This document shows positions 9,490-19,819 of a stretch of 38,279 nt of DNA, in pieces. The translations under genes were made by a program, and so were the position numbers. The stretch comes from Candidatus Eiseniibacteriota bacterium (lineage in GTDB: Bacteria > Joyebacterota > Joyebacteria > Joyebacterales > Joyebacteraceae): the NCBI GenBank assembly GCA_043819135.1, contig JBDRFG010000063.1, positions 1-38,279 of the forward strand, written 5' to 3'. The notes beneath the pieces are model-generated. The model had not been told where the DNA came from. It made no database searches and saw nothing but the letters and a program-made list of their open reading frames with translations. Numbering within the stretch: the first letter of the stretch is position 1; each line of letters starts with the position of its first letter.

Positions 9490-12100
9490 GCTTCACCCGC
9501 TTCCTGAGCTCGACGAGCTTGTCGAATGCGTCGAGCGGCGTCATTTGCTCGATCTCAAGTTCCTCTATCTCTCGCTCCACCTCGGACGGCGCCGGGTCGA
9601 AGAGCCTGAGCTGCGGTCCACCGGGACCGAGAGGGCCGTGCTCTCCGCCGGCCAGTCGTGGCATCGCGTCGGCGGTGTACTGTGAGGACTCAAGGTTCTC
9701 CAGAACCTCGCGAGCCCGGAGTATGACCTCTCCGGGTATCCCCGCGAGTCGCGCCACTTCGATCCCGTAGCTCTGGTCGGCGGCGCCCGGGACTATCTTC
9801 CTCAAGAATACTATCGAGTCATCGGTCTCCCTTACCAGTACATTCATGTTCTTGAGCCGCGGGAGCACGTCCTCGAGCTCCGTCAGTTCGTGATAGTGCG
9901 TCGCGAACATCGTCCACGGGCGGACGTCGTCGCGGTTGTGGAGGTATTCCGTCACCGCCCACGCGATCGAGAGCCCGTCGAACGTGCTCGTCCCCCGCCC
10001 TATCTCGTCCAGGAGTATCAGGCTCTGCGTGGTGGCGTCGTGCAGAATGTTGGCGGTCTCGCTCATCTCCACCAGGAACGTGCTGCGTCCCCTTGCCAGG
10101 GCATCGGTCGCGCCGATGCGCGTGAAGACCCTGTCCACGATGCCGATCCTCGCGGACGCGGCGGGGACGAACGAGCCCATCTGCGCCATGATGACCGCCA
10201 GCGCCACCTGCCTCAGATAGGTGGACTTGCCGGCCATGTTCGGGCCCGTTATCAGGTGTATCTGACTGCTCTCAGCGTCGAAGCATACGTCGTTGGGTAC
10301 GAACTCCTCACTCCTGAGCAGCTTCTCGACCACGGGGTGGCGGCCGTCCCGAATGGTCAGCTCGTTCCAGTTGCCGACCTCCGGCCGTACGTAGCGCGAT
10401 TCCTCCGCGACCGTGGCGAGCGACGACAGAACGTCGATGCGCGCAAGCACGGCCGAAGCCTCCTGCAGCGTCGTCGCGTGGACCGCCACGCGAAGACGGA
10501 CGTCTTCGAAGACCTCATGCTCCAGGCGGAGCATGTCCTCTTCGGCCGTCAGCACCTGCGACTCGTGCTCTTTGAGCTCGGGCGTCACGTAGCGTTCCGC
10601 GTTGACCAGTGTCTGCTTTCCTATCCAGTGGTCGGGCACGAGGTGGACGTGCTGTTTCGTGACCTCCAGGTAGTAGCCGAAGACCTTGTTGTAGCCCACC
10701 TTGATCGTCGGGATGCCCGTGCTCTCCCGTTCCTGCGCCTGCAGCTTCCCGATCCATCCCTTCCCCTCACGGGCGATCGCGCGGACGTCGTCCAGTTCGC
10801 TGCTGTAGCCGTCCCTGACGATGCCCCCGCTCTTGAACGTCGCCGGCGGGCTGTCGACAATGGCCTCGCGGATGATCTTCGCGGCTTCCTCTACGTCCGG
10901 GATGCTGTCGCCGCACTCGCGAACGGCCTCCGATTCGGAGGTCGCCAGGAGCTCTCGCGCGGCAGGCAGAAGTTCCAGAGACCTGCGAAGTGACGCGAGG
11001 TCGCGCGGGCTCGCGTGCCCGGAAGCGACCCGACCCACCACGCGCGGAATGTCACACAGCTCCCGGAAGATGCCGGACGCCTCCTCTCGGACCGCGCGTC
11101 CCGCGACGAGTCCTTCGACGGAATCGAGACGCGTCTCTATCTCTCCGCCGTCGACGAGCGGGTACAGCACCCACTGCCTCAGGAGCCGCGCGCCCATCGG
11201 CGTGTCGGTTCTATCCAGCACGGAAAGCAGCGTCGCTTCGGGAAAGCTCCGGTCGAGAGGCTCCACAAGCTCGAGATTCTTCTGAGTAGTCTCGTCAAGG
11301 ACCATGCGTTCGGTGTGCCGAACGCGTCTGAGAGAGGTGATCTGTCCGAGATCGCGCTTCTTGAGGTCGGTCAGATAGCGAAGGGCGGCGCCCGCCGCTG
11401 CGATCCCCTCTTCGAGATCGGAGCAGCCGAAACCGTCCAGGTTGGCGACGCCGAAGTGCTTCTCGAGCGTCTCGCGCGCTTGGTCGACGCCGAACTCCCA
11501 GTCGGCGACCGGACTGACGGGAACGTCAGGAAGGTCGGCCAGAAGCGAGGCGAGCGGCTCCTTCGTCAGTTCGCCCTCCGGCACGACCACTTCCGATGGG
11601 TCCGCACGGAGTAGCTCGCGACGCAGGTCGGAAGCCGAAAGCTCCGTCACGCTGAACTCGCCCGTAGAGAGGTCTATGCTGGCAAGGCCGGTGCGTTCCC
11701 TTCCCGGCGCCAGCGCCACGAGGAAGTTGGAACGCTTCTCGTCCAGCATCGCTGCCGAGAGAATGGTCCCGGGGGTTATGACCTCCGTGACCTCTCTCCT
11801 GACGATTCCCTTGGCCTGCCTGGGGTCTTCCACCTGGTCACAGATGGCCACGCGGTAGCCCGCGACCACGAGCCTGGTCAGATACGATTCGAGGGCGTGG
11901 TGCGGGACTCCCGCCAGAGGGACCGGGTTCTTGCTGCCCTTGTCGCGCGTGGTCAGCGCGAGGCCGAGGACGCGGGCGGCCGTCTTGGCGTCGTCGAAGA
12001 ACGTTTCGTAGAAGTCGCCCATGCGGAACAGCAGAATCGCGTCCTCGTGCTGCGACTTGATCCGCTGATACTGTTCCATCATGGGAGTGAGCTTCGTCAT
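9482..12100 (-). CDS. mutS: DNA mismatch repair protein MutS
   Basis: TPMMEQY, GDFYETF, GPNMAGKST, DEIGRGTST, SYGIEVA, C-terminal QLRLF. Start reassigned to ATG at 12100. Confidence 0.97.
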   Translation of the reverse strand: MTKLTPMMEQYQRIKSQHEDAILLFRMGDFYETFFDDAKTAARVLGLALTTRDKGSKNPVPLAGVPHHALESYLTRLVVAGYRVAICDQVEDPRQAKGIVRREVTEVITPGTILSAAMLDEKRSNFLVALAPGRERTGLASIDLSTGEFSVTELSASDLRRELLRADPSEVVVPEGELTKEPLASLLADLPDVPVSPVADWEFGVDQARETLEKHFGVANLDGFGCSDLEEGIAAAGAALRYLTDLKKRDLGQITSLRRVRHTERMVLDETTQKNLELVEPLDRSFPEATLLSVLDRTDTPMGARLLRQWVLYPLVDGGEIETRLDSVEGLVAGRAVREEASGIFRELCDIPRVVGRVASGHASPRDLASLRRSLELLPAARELLATSESEAVRECGDSIPDVEEAAKIIREAIVDSPPATFKSGGIVRDGYSSELDDVRAIAREGKGWIGKLQAQERESTGIPTIKVGYNKVFGYYLEVTKQHVHLVPDHWIGKQTLVNAERYVTPELKEHESQVLTAEEDMLRLEHEVFEDVRLRVAVHATTLQEASAVLARIDVLSSLATVAEESRYVRPEVGNWNELTIRDGRHPVVEKLLRSEEFVPNDVCFDAESSQIHLITGPNMAGKSTYLRQVALAVIMAQMGSFVPAASARIGIVDRVFTRIGATDALARGRSTFLVEMSETANILHDATTQSLILLDEIGRGTSTFDGLSIAWAVTEYLHNRDDVRPWTMFATHYHELTELEDVLPRLKNMNVLVRETDDSIVFLRKIVPGAADQSYGIEVARLAGIPGEVILRAREVLENLESSQYTADAMPRLAGGEHGPLGPGGPQLRLFDPAPSEVEREIEELEIEQMTPLDAFDKLVELRKRVKRG

Positions 12101-12196
12101 GCGGTCTCCAGATGGCCCCGAAGTGCGGTCTTCAGAGGCCCCCGAACGAACGACCACCGGCGGAGGCCGGTGGTCATCTTCCTCGCACCGCACAGA

Positions 12197-13084
12197 TCAC
12201 CGCTCTGGGGCCACCGGTGTCCCGGTCTCCAGCGCGGTCGTGTCGGCCGTGTCGCCGAGAACGGCGGTGCTGTCGGGAAACGAGTAGTTGCGGAGCCGCT
12301 CCCGCGCCAGCACTGCCTCGTAGCTGTCGGGGTGATCGGACAGCAGCCGCCTGAGCGCCGCCACCGCCAGAGAATCCGCGCCCGTGGCATCGCGGCTTTG
12401 CGCGGCGCCCGCCAGCGCCTGCGGCCGCATCTCACTCTCTACGTAGATGCGAGCCGTCGCCTCGAACTGCTCGGCGGCCTCTTCCGGTCGCCCTGCGGCC
12501 AGAAGCGCTGTGGCGAGTCCGACCTCCGCGAGGGGTGTCGTCTCCCCGGGTGTCGCGCCCAAGCCGACTATCGCGCGGTAAGCCTCGACCGCGGCCCCGG
12601 CGTCGCCCGAGGCGAGGATGCTCCTCGCCCGCTTGAGGTCCGCAGGCCCGGAGCCCCGATCCGAGGAGTGCCTGGCGGCCTGCTCGTATTCATGGCTCGC
12701 GCTGACGTAGAGGCTTTCGGCGAAGTAGCTGTCGCCGATCAGCGTGTGCGCCGCCTCGAGCAGAGCGGAGCTGCGGGTTCTCTCTATGGCCCTGGCAGCG
12801 TAGGTTCTACTGTCCTCGGCCGAGCTGCTCAGCCGTGCCGCCTCGAGCAGAACGGTCGCGTCTCCCGCGAGCGGTCCCCCCTCTTCACGGACCAGCTCCG
12901 CGAGGTACGCCTCGGCGTCCGACTGATGGCCCTGCCTGGCGAGCGCTCGCGCCTTCTCGACGGCCTCCCCGGCCGTGGCAACGTCGTCGCTCCACGCCGG
13001 GGGGGCGATGCAGATGACCACGGCCGCTGCGACTACGAGCGAGCGGCGCGGAGGGATCCCTCGGATTCTTCGTCTAGCACTCAT
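12197..13084 (-). CDS. exported tetratricopeptide-repeat protein
   Basis: Basic/hydrophobic signal-peptide-like N-terminus (..PPAWS), Ala-rich TPR-like helices, and a LLSDHPDSYEA..ARERL end resembling CpoB/BamD-type TPRs. Confidence 0.7.
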   Translation of the reverse strand: MSARRRIRGIPPRRSLVVAAAVVICIAPPAWSDDVATAGEAVEKARALARQGHQSDAEAYLAELVREEGGPLAGDATVLLEAARLSSSAEDSRTYAARAIERTRSSALLEAAHTLIGDSYFAESLYVSASHEYEQAARHSSDRGSGPADLKRARSILASGDAGAAVEAYRAIVGLGATPGETTPLAEVGLATALLAAGRPEEAAEQFEATARIYVESEMRPQALAGAAQSRDATGADSLAVAALRRLLSDHPDSYEAVLARERLRNYSFPDSTAVLGDTADTTALETGTPVAPER

Positions 13085-14210
13085 TGATCCAGGTCCGGCA
13101 GCTGTCGCAGCGCCAGCCGTATCCGTCGAGCGTAACCTGGCATCTGGGGCACTTCCGTTCCTCTTTGAGGTCTCCGAGCCCCTTGAGATGCGACTCCGCC
13201 GCCCTTGCGGCTTCCTCGTAGCGTTCGTGTCTCACCAGTATCTCGATGAGCTGTCTGTGTCCCCCGTACTTCTTGCCCTCGTGCTTGACCGCCTCGCGCG
13301 CGAGCCGCAGAGCCTCGTCGACAGCTCCCTTGCGTTCGAGCATCCTCGACAGTCCCGTCAAGGCACTGACGTTCGTGGGCGACTTGGCCACCAGGTCCTC
13401 GTAGATGCCCATCATCCGCCCGAAGTCGCCCATCTCGAAGTAGGCCTTCTCCAGTCGTTCGAACACCACGTGGGCGCAGTCGGGCTTGTCGGTAACCAGT
13501 CTCATCCAGTAGGCGATGGCGCGTTCGGTGTCCTCTTCAAGGACGGCGATGTCCCCGAGGTACATGTACGCGAGAGAGGCGTGCGGGTCTTCCTTGATGG
13601 CCGCCTGGAACTCCACCTTCGCCATTCTCGTTTCGCCCCTCCTAAGGGCCACGCGTCCGAGGTGAGCGCGGTAGACTCCCTGCGAGGGCTGGTTCACGAC
13701 CGGGCCCGCCTTGAGCATCTCCTTGTGAGTCTGCGCCGCCTTGTCCAGCTCTCCCGCGGCCTCGTAGGCGTCGCGCGTCATCGCGAGCACCCTGGGGTCG
13801 GAGCGCTCGGAACGGGGTAGCGTCGCCAGATTCTCCAGCACCTCCCGCCACCGTCCGCCGGTTGCGAGATCACGAGCGAGATTCTTGATGGTCTCGTTGC
13901 GGACGGCCGTCGGTAGCTTCCGCTTGACGAGGAGTTCTCTGTGGATCTGTATGGCCTGTCTAACCTGTCCGCGCTCGCGCAGGATGTTCCCAAGCTTGAC
14001 GTAGGCGTCGACGTTCTTGGGGTTGTCGCGGACCGCGCGGGTAAGCTGCTTCATCGCGACGTCGCGGTCTCCCGCTATCAGCGCGTCCAGGCCGAGATGG
14101 TAGGGTGATTCCTCGACGGCCTGTCGGTCGGATCTCTTGCGCTTTGCGCCGACGTGCCAGATGCCGGCGCCCACCGCGACGATGGCGGCGGCGATAATGA
14201 CGAAGGTCAT
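13074..14210 (-). CDS. lapB: LPS assembly protein B-like (TM + TPR + rubredoxin-type C-terminus)
   Basis: N-terminal TM helix, LGNILRERG..AIQIH, TPRs, CPRC..WRCDSCRTW; downstream of lapA. Confidence 0.85.
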   Translation of the reverse strand: MTFVIIAAAIVAVGAGIWHVGAKRKRSDRQAVEESPYHLGLDALIAGDRDVAMKQLTRAVRDNPKNVDAYVKLGNILRERGQVRQAIQIHRELLVKRKLPTAVRNETIKNLARDLATGGRWREVLENLATLPRSERSDPRVLAMTRDAYEAAGELDKAAQTHKEMLKAGPVVNQPSQGVYRAHLGRVALRRGETRMAKVEFQAAIKEDPHASLAYMYLGDIAVLEEDTERAIAYWMRLVTDKPDCAHVVFERLEKAYFEMGDFGRMMGIYEDLVAKSPTNVSALTGLSRMLERKGAVDEALRLAREAVKHEGKKYGGHRQLIEILVRHERYEEAARAAESHLKGLGDLKEERKCPRCQVTLDGYGWRCDSCRTWINEC

Positions 14211-14226
14211 GCCAGTTCCCTCCGCC

Positions 14227-14568
14227 CTAGATCCCGGGGCTGGAGATGTCGTCCTGCGCAGTATCTCCTTCGATGTCCTGGAGCGAGATGCTGTGGAGGC
14301 CCGCTATCTCCTGATTGAGGTCCGAGTTCTCGCGTTTGAGCCTTCTGATCTGTCGTCTGAGAGCAACCTCGTGGAATATCGAGACTACGAACCAGACCAC
14401 GGCGCCAATTACGAATGCCTCGAACAGCAGGAGCACGAGAGGAACTCCGACGAACTCGAGCGTCCCCGGCCACAGCTTCACGGTCGCCTGCTCCGCGCTG
14501 TTGAGCATCGCGAAGCCGGTGACGATTACCACCAGGACGAGAGTGAGGAGCATCTTGACGACCCACAC
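14227..14568 (-). CDS. lapA: LPS assembly protein A (LapA/DUF1049) family
   Basis: TM-FAMLN..V..-PLVLLLF TM-coiled coil (LRRQIRRLKRE); GTG start after GGAGGTG. Confidence 0.82.
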   Translation of the reverse strand: MWVVKMLLTLVLVVIVTGFAMLNSAEQATVKLWPGTLEFVGVPLVLLLFEAFVIGAVVWFVVSIFHEVALRRQIRRLKRENSDLNQEIAGLHSISLQDIEGDTAQDDISSPGI

Positions 14569-14725
14569 GGTGTTCACCTCCAGGTATGGGAACAGTCTTC
14601 GGTCGGATCCGCGTACCCCACAAGTGTTTGCTCTGTCGCACGTTCCGCGTGAGATGATCCGGTCGGGGCACACGACAGTCTATCAGCGCGCCGAGGCGAC
14701 CCGCAAGGTCTTTCTCTCGAGCGCG

Positions 14726-16024
14726 TCACGTCTGCACCGGATTTCCGGCGTGAAGCGTCCACGCGCTGGTGGCGGCTATATCGACGCGAACCACGCGCCC
14801 GACGAGCCCCGCGTCGCCCGGGAAGACGACTGCTTTCCCGGTCCTGCTGCGGCCGAAAAGGAGCTTCTCGTCCTTCTGGCTGGGCCCCTCCACCAGCACC
14901 TCGGCGCCGCGTCCGACGAGCGCCTCGTTCACCTCGGTCGTAATGCACTGCTGGAGCCCGATGATGGTCTTGAGCCGCTCGATCTTGACGCCTTCGGGCA
15001 CGTCGTCGGCCAGCTCGGCCGCGCGAGTTCCCTCGCGTACGGAGTAGCGGAACATGAAGGCCGAGTCGAAGCGTGTCTCGTTCATAAGAGAGACGGTCTC
15101 ACGGAATCGCTCGTCCGTCTCTCCGGGGAATCCCACGATCACATCAGTCGTGAGGGCGACCCCCGGTATGTGCGCGCGGATCTTCTCCGCCAGAGCGACA
15201 TACTCCTCGCGAGTGTACGACCGGTTCATGGCTGCGAGCACCTCGCTCGAGCCCGACTGCACGGGCAGATGGACGTGCTCGCAGACCCTGTCGAGCGAGG
15301 CCACGGCATCGATGATCTCGTCGGAGAGGTCCTTCGGGTGCGAAGTGGCGAACCGTACGCGAAGAAGGTCCTCGACGCCGTCGACCGCCGCGAGGAGGTT
15401 CGCAAACCCCTTCCCTCCGTCGTTGAACGAGTTGACGTTTTGGCCGACGAGCGTGACCTCGCGCGTCCCCAGCGCTACCAGAGCCGCTACCTCGCCAACG
15501 ATGTCCGAGATCGAGCGGCTGCGCTCGCGTCCCCTGACGTACGGAACGATGCAGTACGAGCAGTAGTTGTCGCATCCGCGCATCACACTGACGAACTCAC
15601 AGAGTGACGCCTTGTCCGGGCGGGGCATGCAGTCGTACGACTCCGTGCCGGTCGCGTCGACGGCGACCGCCTTGCGCCCGGCGCCCGCGCTCTCGACGAT
15701 ATCGGGCAGCTTCTGGTACTGATCGGTCCCGACCACGAAACCCAGTCCGGGCACCTCGCGCAGCAGCCCGTCCCCCATCCGCTGCGCTACGCAGCCGACG
15801 ACGCCGAGGGCCGCTTCCGGCCTCATCAGTCCACGCAGCTGCTTCAGACGTCCAATAACCCTGATCTCAGCGCGTTTGCGCACGCTGCACGTGTTCACGA
15901 TGACGATGTCGGCCGCCACGGGGTCGGTGGACACCGCGTGTCCGTGGCCGGCGAGTATCGACGTAATGAGGCGCGAGTCGTACTCGTTCATCTGACAGCC
16001 GTATGTCTCGACGTAGATCCTCAT
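14726..16024 (-). CDS. miaB: tRNA-i6A37 methylthiotransferase
   Basis: TYGCQMNEYDS, NTCSVR, GCDNYCSYC, GQNVNS, HLPVQSGS, TRAM domain. Confidence 0.95.
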   Translation of the reverse strand: MRIYVETYGCQMNEYDSRLITSILAGHGHAVSTDPVAADIVIVNTCSVRKRAEIRVIGRLKQLRGLMRPEAALGVVGCVAQRMGDGLLREVPGLGFVVGTDQYQKLPDIVESAGAGRKAVAVDATGTESYDCMPRPDKASLCEFVSVMRGCDNYCSYCIVPYVRGRERSRSISDIVGEVAALVALGTREVTLVGQNVNSFNDGGKGFANLLAAVDGVEDLLRVRFATSHPKDLSDEIIDAVASLDRVCEHVHLPVQSGSSEVLAAMNRSYTREEYVALAEKIRAHIPGVALTTDVIVGFPGETDERFRETVSLMNETRFDSAFMFRYSVREGTRAAELADDVPEGVKIERLKTIIGLQQCITTEVNEALVGRGAEVLVEGPSQKDEKLLFGRSRTGKAVVFPGDAGLVGRVVRVDIAATSAWTLHAGNPVQT

Positions 16025-16047
16025 GACTGCTCCCGCGCCCGGCGCAC

Positions 16048-17382
16048 CTAGCGCGCGCTCCCAGGCTCAACGCTGCCCCAGGTGGACGTCTCGTCGGTGC
16101 CCTCCACGGTCACGTGCACGAACCTGTTCCTGAGAGATGCGTCGCCCGTCGTGCTCAGCCTGACGTAGTTGGCGGCCAGCCCCGTCAGCGGTCCGTCGGC
16201 TCCGTCTCGTTCCTCGACCAGGATCTCGAGGCTCTTACCCACGAGGCCGCGCCGGAATCCAAGCGAGAGCCGCGAACTCAGTTCTCTGAGATGGAGGCTC
16301 CGCCGCTTCGACTCAGCCGGCGCGACGCGCCCGTCCATCTCGGCCGCCGGCGTGCCACTTCGCGGCGAGAACGCGAAGACGTGCAGATACGTGAAGGGCA
16401 GGGATTCGATAAGCGACACCGTGTCGGCGAAATCTTCCTCTGTCTCGCCCGGGAACCCTACCATCACGTCGGTGCCGAGCCCGCAGAGCGGGTCCGCGTC
16501 CGTGACCCCGCGGACGGCCTCGGCGTACTCGGCGCGCGTGTACCCGCGCCGCATTCTCTCGAGCACCGCGTCGGAGCCGCTCTCGAGCGGGATGTGAAGG
16601 TGGTTGCAGACCTTGTCGGTCGTGAGGATGGTCGTCGCGAGCGCCTGCGTCAGCTCTCTGGGTTCCACGGAGCCGAGCCGGATACGGACCAGGCTGTCGA
16701 TCCCCGCCATGGCGCTCAGGAGCTCCGGCAGCCTCTGACCGTCGGTGTCCGCGAAGGCCCCGATGTGGACGCCGGTAAGGACCATCTCTCTGTACCCGTT
16801 CTCGGCAAGGAGCGACGCCTGCCGAAGCACATCGTCGAAGCGCCTGCTGCGCGCCGGTCCCCTGGCGTCTGGGACCGCGCAGTAGGCGCACCGGTGGTCG
16901 CACCCATCCTGTATCTTGATGAACGCCCTCGTGTAGCCCCTGAACCGGCTGATGTCGTAGGCCTCGAAGGCCTCGTCCGCCAGGGACTTCACGGCGACGT
17001 CTGTTCGCGCCGCTCGCCCCGGATCCGCGTCGAGGCGCTCGTCCACGAGCTTCGCCAGATCGCGCTTCGAGCTGTTCCCGACGACCAGGTCGACCTCAGG
17101 CATACCGGCGAGGGCGGCCGGCTCACGCTGCGCGTAGCAGCCGGTCGCGACGACCAGCGCCCCGCCTTCCTTGCGGGCGGCCCTGCGCAGCATCTGTCTG
17201 GAACGGTAGTCGCTGCGACCCGTGACGGTGCAGGTGTTAACAACGTAGACGTCCGCCGGACCGTTGAATGGAACGATGACGAAGCCCCGCTTCTCGAGAC
17301 GCTCCGCCACACCCTCCGTTTCGTACTGATTCAGCTTGCAGCCGACGGTCATCAGGCCGACGGTCCTGGGCTTCCCTGTCAC
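16048..17382 (-). CDS. mtaB: tRNA-t6A37 methylthiotransferase
   Basis: GCKLNQYET, NTCTVT, KIQDGCDHRCAYC, LTGVHIG, HVFAFSPRSGT. Confidence 0.93.
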   Translation of the reverse strand: MTGKPRTVGLMTVGCKLNQYETEGVAERLEKRGFVIVPFNGPADVYVVNTCTVTGRSDYRSRQMLRRAARKEGGALVVATGCYAQREPAALAGMPEVDLVVGNSSKRDLAKLVDERLDADPGRAARTDVAVKSLADEAFEAYDISRFRGYTRAFIKIQDGCDHRCAYCAVPDARGPARSRRFDDVLRQASLLAENGYREMVLTGVHIGAFADTDGQRLPELLSAMAGIDSLVRIRLGSVEPRELTQALATTILTTDKVCNHLHIPLESGSDAVLERMRRGYTRAEYAEAVRGVTDADPLCGLGTDVMVGFPGETEEDFADTVSLIESLPFTYLHVFAFSPRSGTPAAEMDGRVAPAESKRRSLHLRELSSRLSLGFRRGLVGKSLEILVEERDGADGPLTGLAANYVRLSTTGDASLRNRFVHVTVEGTDETSTWGSVEPGSAR

Positions 17383-17437
17383 GGCGCATCTCCGCTGCGG
17401 GTGATCCTATGGCTCTCGCCTCCCCTACCTGGCCGCA

Positions 17438-17471
17438 AGAGCAACAGGGGGACTCCTCGAGCGAGTCCCCC
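17438..17471 (-). terminator. intrinsic terminator after rpsA
   Basis: GGGGGACTC-7 nt loop-GAGTCCCCC followed by TGTTGCTCT on the minus strand. Confidence 0.65.
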
Positions 17472-17539
17472 CGTGCCCACTACCAGTCAGAGGCCGAAAA
17501 CCGGCCGTTGCCTGGACCACGGGGTCTCAGGCTATCGGC

Positions 17540-19819
17540 CTAGGCGTCCTCTGTTCTTTTCTCTTCTTCTACGTCGTCCGAGGTCTCGGTCGTCTCCTCG
17601 GCGTCCGGGTCCGTCTCTTCGGATGCGGGGCTCTCTGGCTCTGCATCTTCGACCGGTTCCGCGTCCGTTGGTGCGGCGTCTGCCTCCAGCTCCTTCACCG
17701 TCTCGGCCTCCGGTTCCTCAACCGTCTCGTCGGCGGGTTCATCGACCTCTGACGGCTTGGTCTCCCCGGTCGCCTGCTCCTCGGCCTCGGGCTCGGTCTC
17801 CGTCTGGGCCTCGGCCTCAGGCTCGGCCTCAGGCTCAGGATCAGGTTCAAGAAGCTCGGGCCGGATCTCGTGAGCCGCGATGTACTCCTTCAGCGTCTCC
17901 TCCGGCTGCTTCTCCATGTGGGCCTTGACCGAAAGAACGATCCTGCGGTTCTCCGGCGAGACCTCGATTACCTCGAGCGGAAGCAGGTCGCCGGGCGCGA
18001 ACCGAGCCTCTATCTTGCTGATCTCAGGAAGCGCAAGATGAGACATCGGGACGAACCCCTCGACGTCGCTCGGAAGGTCGACGACGATTCCGGATTTGTG
18101 GATCCGGCTGACCGTGCCTTCGATCCGTGTGCCCGTCGAGTACTCCTGCGCGAGACCCTCCCATGGGTTCTCCATCGACTGCTTGATGCCCAGCGAGATG
18201 CGGTGCCTGTCCTTGTCGATACCGAGCACCATCACCTCGACCTTCTGGCCTCTGTGGAGAACCTCACTCGGGTGCTTGATCCTCTTCGTCCAGGACATGT
18301 CGGAGATGTGGACCAAGCCGTCCATGCCCTCCTCGAGCTGGACGAACGCGCCGAAGTCCGTAAGATTCCGGACGCGTCCTTCGATTCTGGATCCAACAGG
18401 GTACTTCGTGTCGAGGTCCTGCCACGGATCGCTCTCGGTCCTCTTGAGGGACAACGAGATCTTCTCCTCGGCCTTGTTGACGTTCAGGACCTTCACCTCG
18501 ACGATGTCACCGATCCCCAGGATCTTTGAGGGATGGCGGATGTGCTGCGTCCACGACATCTCGGAGATGTGGATGAGACCCTCGACGCCCTCCTTGAGCT
18601 CCACGAACGCGCCGTAATCGGTGATCGAAACGACCTTGCCGCGGACCTTCGTGTTGACCGGGAACTCTTCCTCGACGTTCTCCCATGGGTACTCAGCGAG
18701 CTGCTTGAGGCCCAGCGAAATGCGCTCGCGATCCGGGTCGAAGTTGAGGACCTTGACGGTCAGTTCGTCGCCGATCGCCACAAGCTCTGATGGGTGCCTG
18801 ATGCGTCCCCAGCTCATGTCGGTTATGTGAAGAAGCCCGTCTATTCCACCCAGGTCGACGAAGGCGCCGAAGTCCGTTATGTTCTTCACGGTGCCCTGTC
18901 GGATCTGGCCGACCTCGAGTTCTGCGAGCAGCGTCGTCTTCTTCTCCTGACGCTCCTCCTCGAGTACGACGCGCCTCGATATTACTATGTTCCTCCGCCT
19001 CTTGTTGACCTTGAGGATCCTGAAGCGGAGCTTCTGGCCCAGGAGTTCTTCCAGGTTGGGAATGCGTCTCAGCGCGACCTGGGAGCCCGGCAGGAACGCC
19101 TCGACTCCGAACAGGTCGACCTTGAGTCCGCCCTTGATCCTGCGCTTGGGAATTCCCTCGACGATCGACTGCTCGTCGTGCGCTTCCTTGATCTTGTCCC
19201 AGACCTGCAGGAAGTCGGCCTTCCTCTTGCTGACCCTGACCTCGCCGTCCTGGTCCTCGGTCGCCTCGAGCAGCACGCTGATCTCGTCGCCCGGCCTGAT
19301 GGAACCCGGGTCCGGGAACTCGTCGAGTGCCACGCGCCCCTCGGACTTGAAGCCGATGTCCAGCATGACCTCGCTCTCGGTCACGGCAAGGACGATGCCC
19401 TTGACCAGCTCGCCCTCGGTGATCGACCGGAGCGTCGACTCGTACATCTCGGCCATCTGAGCATACTCGCCGCGCGTGTAGCCGAGTTCATCGAGGTCGT
19501 CCTCCGTCACAGCCGCGATGGCGGCCTGGAATCTGGCCGCGGCGGCCTCGGCGGCCGCAACCTCGGGGTCGATCTCGACCACGGGCTCGTCTGAGGACGT
19601 GTCCTCGATCGTCTCAGAGACCTCAGTGGTCTCTGCAGCAACGGGGTCCTCGACGGCGACGAGCGGCTGCTCGTCCACCGGCTCGCTCTCTGGCGCCGTA
19701 TCGAGCACCTCGGGCCCAGCGTCTACCGCCGTCTCGACGAACTCATCGCTCGTCGACGGTGACGCCTCCGTCTCTTCCACTTCGTTCGGGTTGGGGTTGA
19801 ATTCCTTTTCCTCGAACAT
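17540..19819 (-). CDS. rpsA: 30S ribosomal protein S1 with long acidic N- and C-terminal extensions
   Basis: Six S1 repeats (DIGFKSEG, AFLPGSQ, three DF/YGAFV..GLxHI.xMSW, VEGFVPMSHL). ATG at 19819 follows GAGGAG; alternative GTG at 19849. Confidence 0.95.
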   Translation of the reverse strand: MFEEKEFNPNPNEVEETEASPSTSDEFVETAVDAGPEVLDTAPESEPVDEQPLVAVEDPVAAETTEVSETIEDTSSDEPVVEIDPEVAAAEAAAARFQAAIAAVTEDDLDELGYTRGEYAQMAEMYESTLRSITEGELVKGIVLAVTESEVMLDIGFKSEGRVALDEFPDPGSIRPGDEISVLLEATEDQDGEVRVSKRKADFLQVWDKIKEAHDEQSIVEGIPKRRIKGGLKVDLFGVEAFLPGSQVALRRIPNLEELLGQKLRFRILKVNKRRRNIVISRRVVLEEERQEKKTTLLAELEVGQIRQGTVKNITDFGAFVDLGGIDGLLHITDMSWGRIRHPSELVAIGDELTVKVLNFDPDRERISLGLKQLAEYPWENVEEEFPVNTKVRGKVVSITDYGAFVELKEGVEGLIHISEMSWTQHIRHPSKILGIGDIVEVKVLNVNKAEEKISLSLKRTESDPWQDLDTKYPVGSRIEGRVRNLTDFGAFVQLEEGMDGLVHISDMSWTKRIKHPSEVLHRGQKVEVMVLGIDKDRHRISLGIKQSMENPWEGLAQEYSTGTRIEGTVSRIHKSGIVVDLPSDVEGFVPMSHLALPEISKIEARFAPGDLLPLEVIEVSPENRRIVLSVKAHMEKQPEETLKEYIAAHEIRPELLEPDPEPEAEPEAEAQTETEPEAEEQATGETKPSEVDEPADETVEEPEAETVKELEADAAPTDAEPVEDAEPESPASEETDPDAEETTETSDDVEEEKRTEDA

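Noticed and set aside
17781..17850. Short 6/12-bp repeats (GCCTCAGGCTCG)
   Set aside because: They encode the PE/AE low-complexity tail of S1 and are not an independent DNA element.
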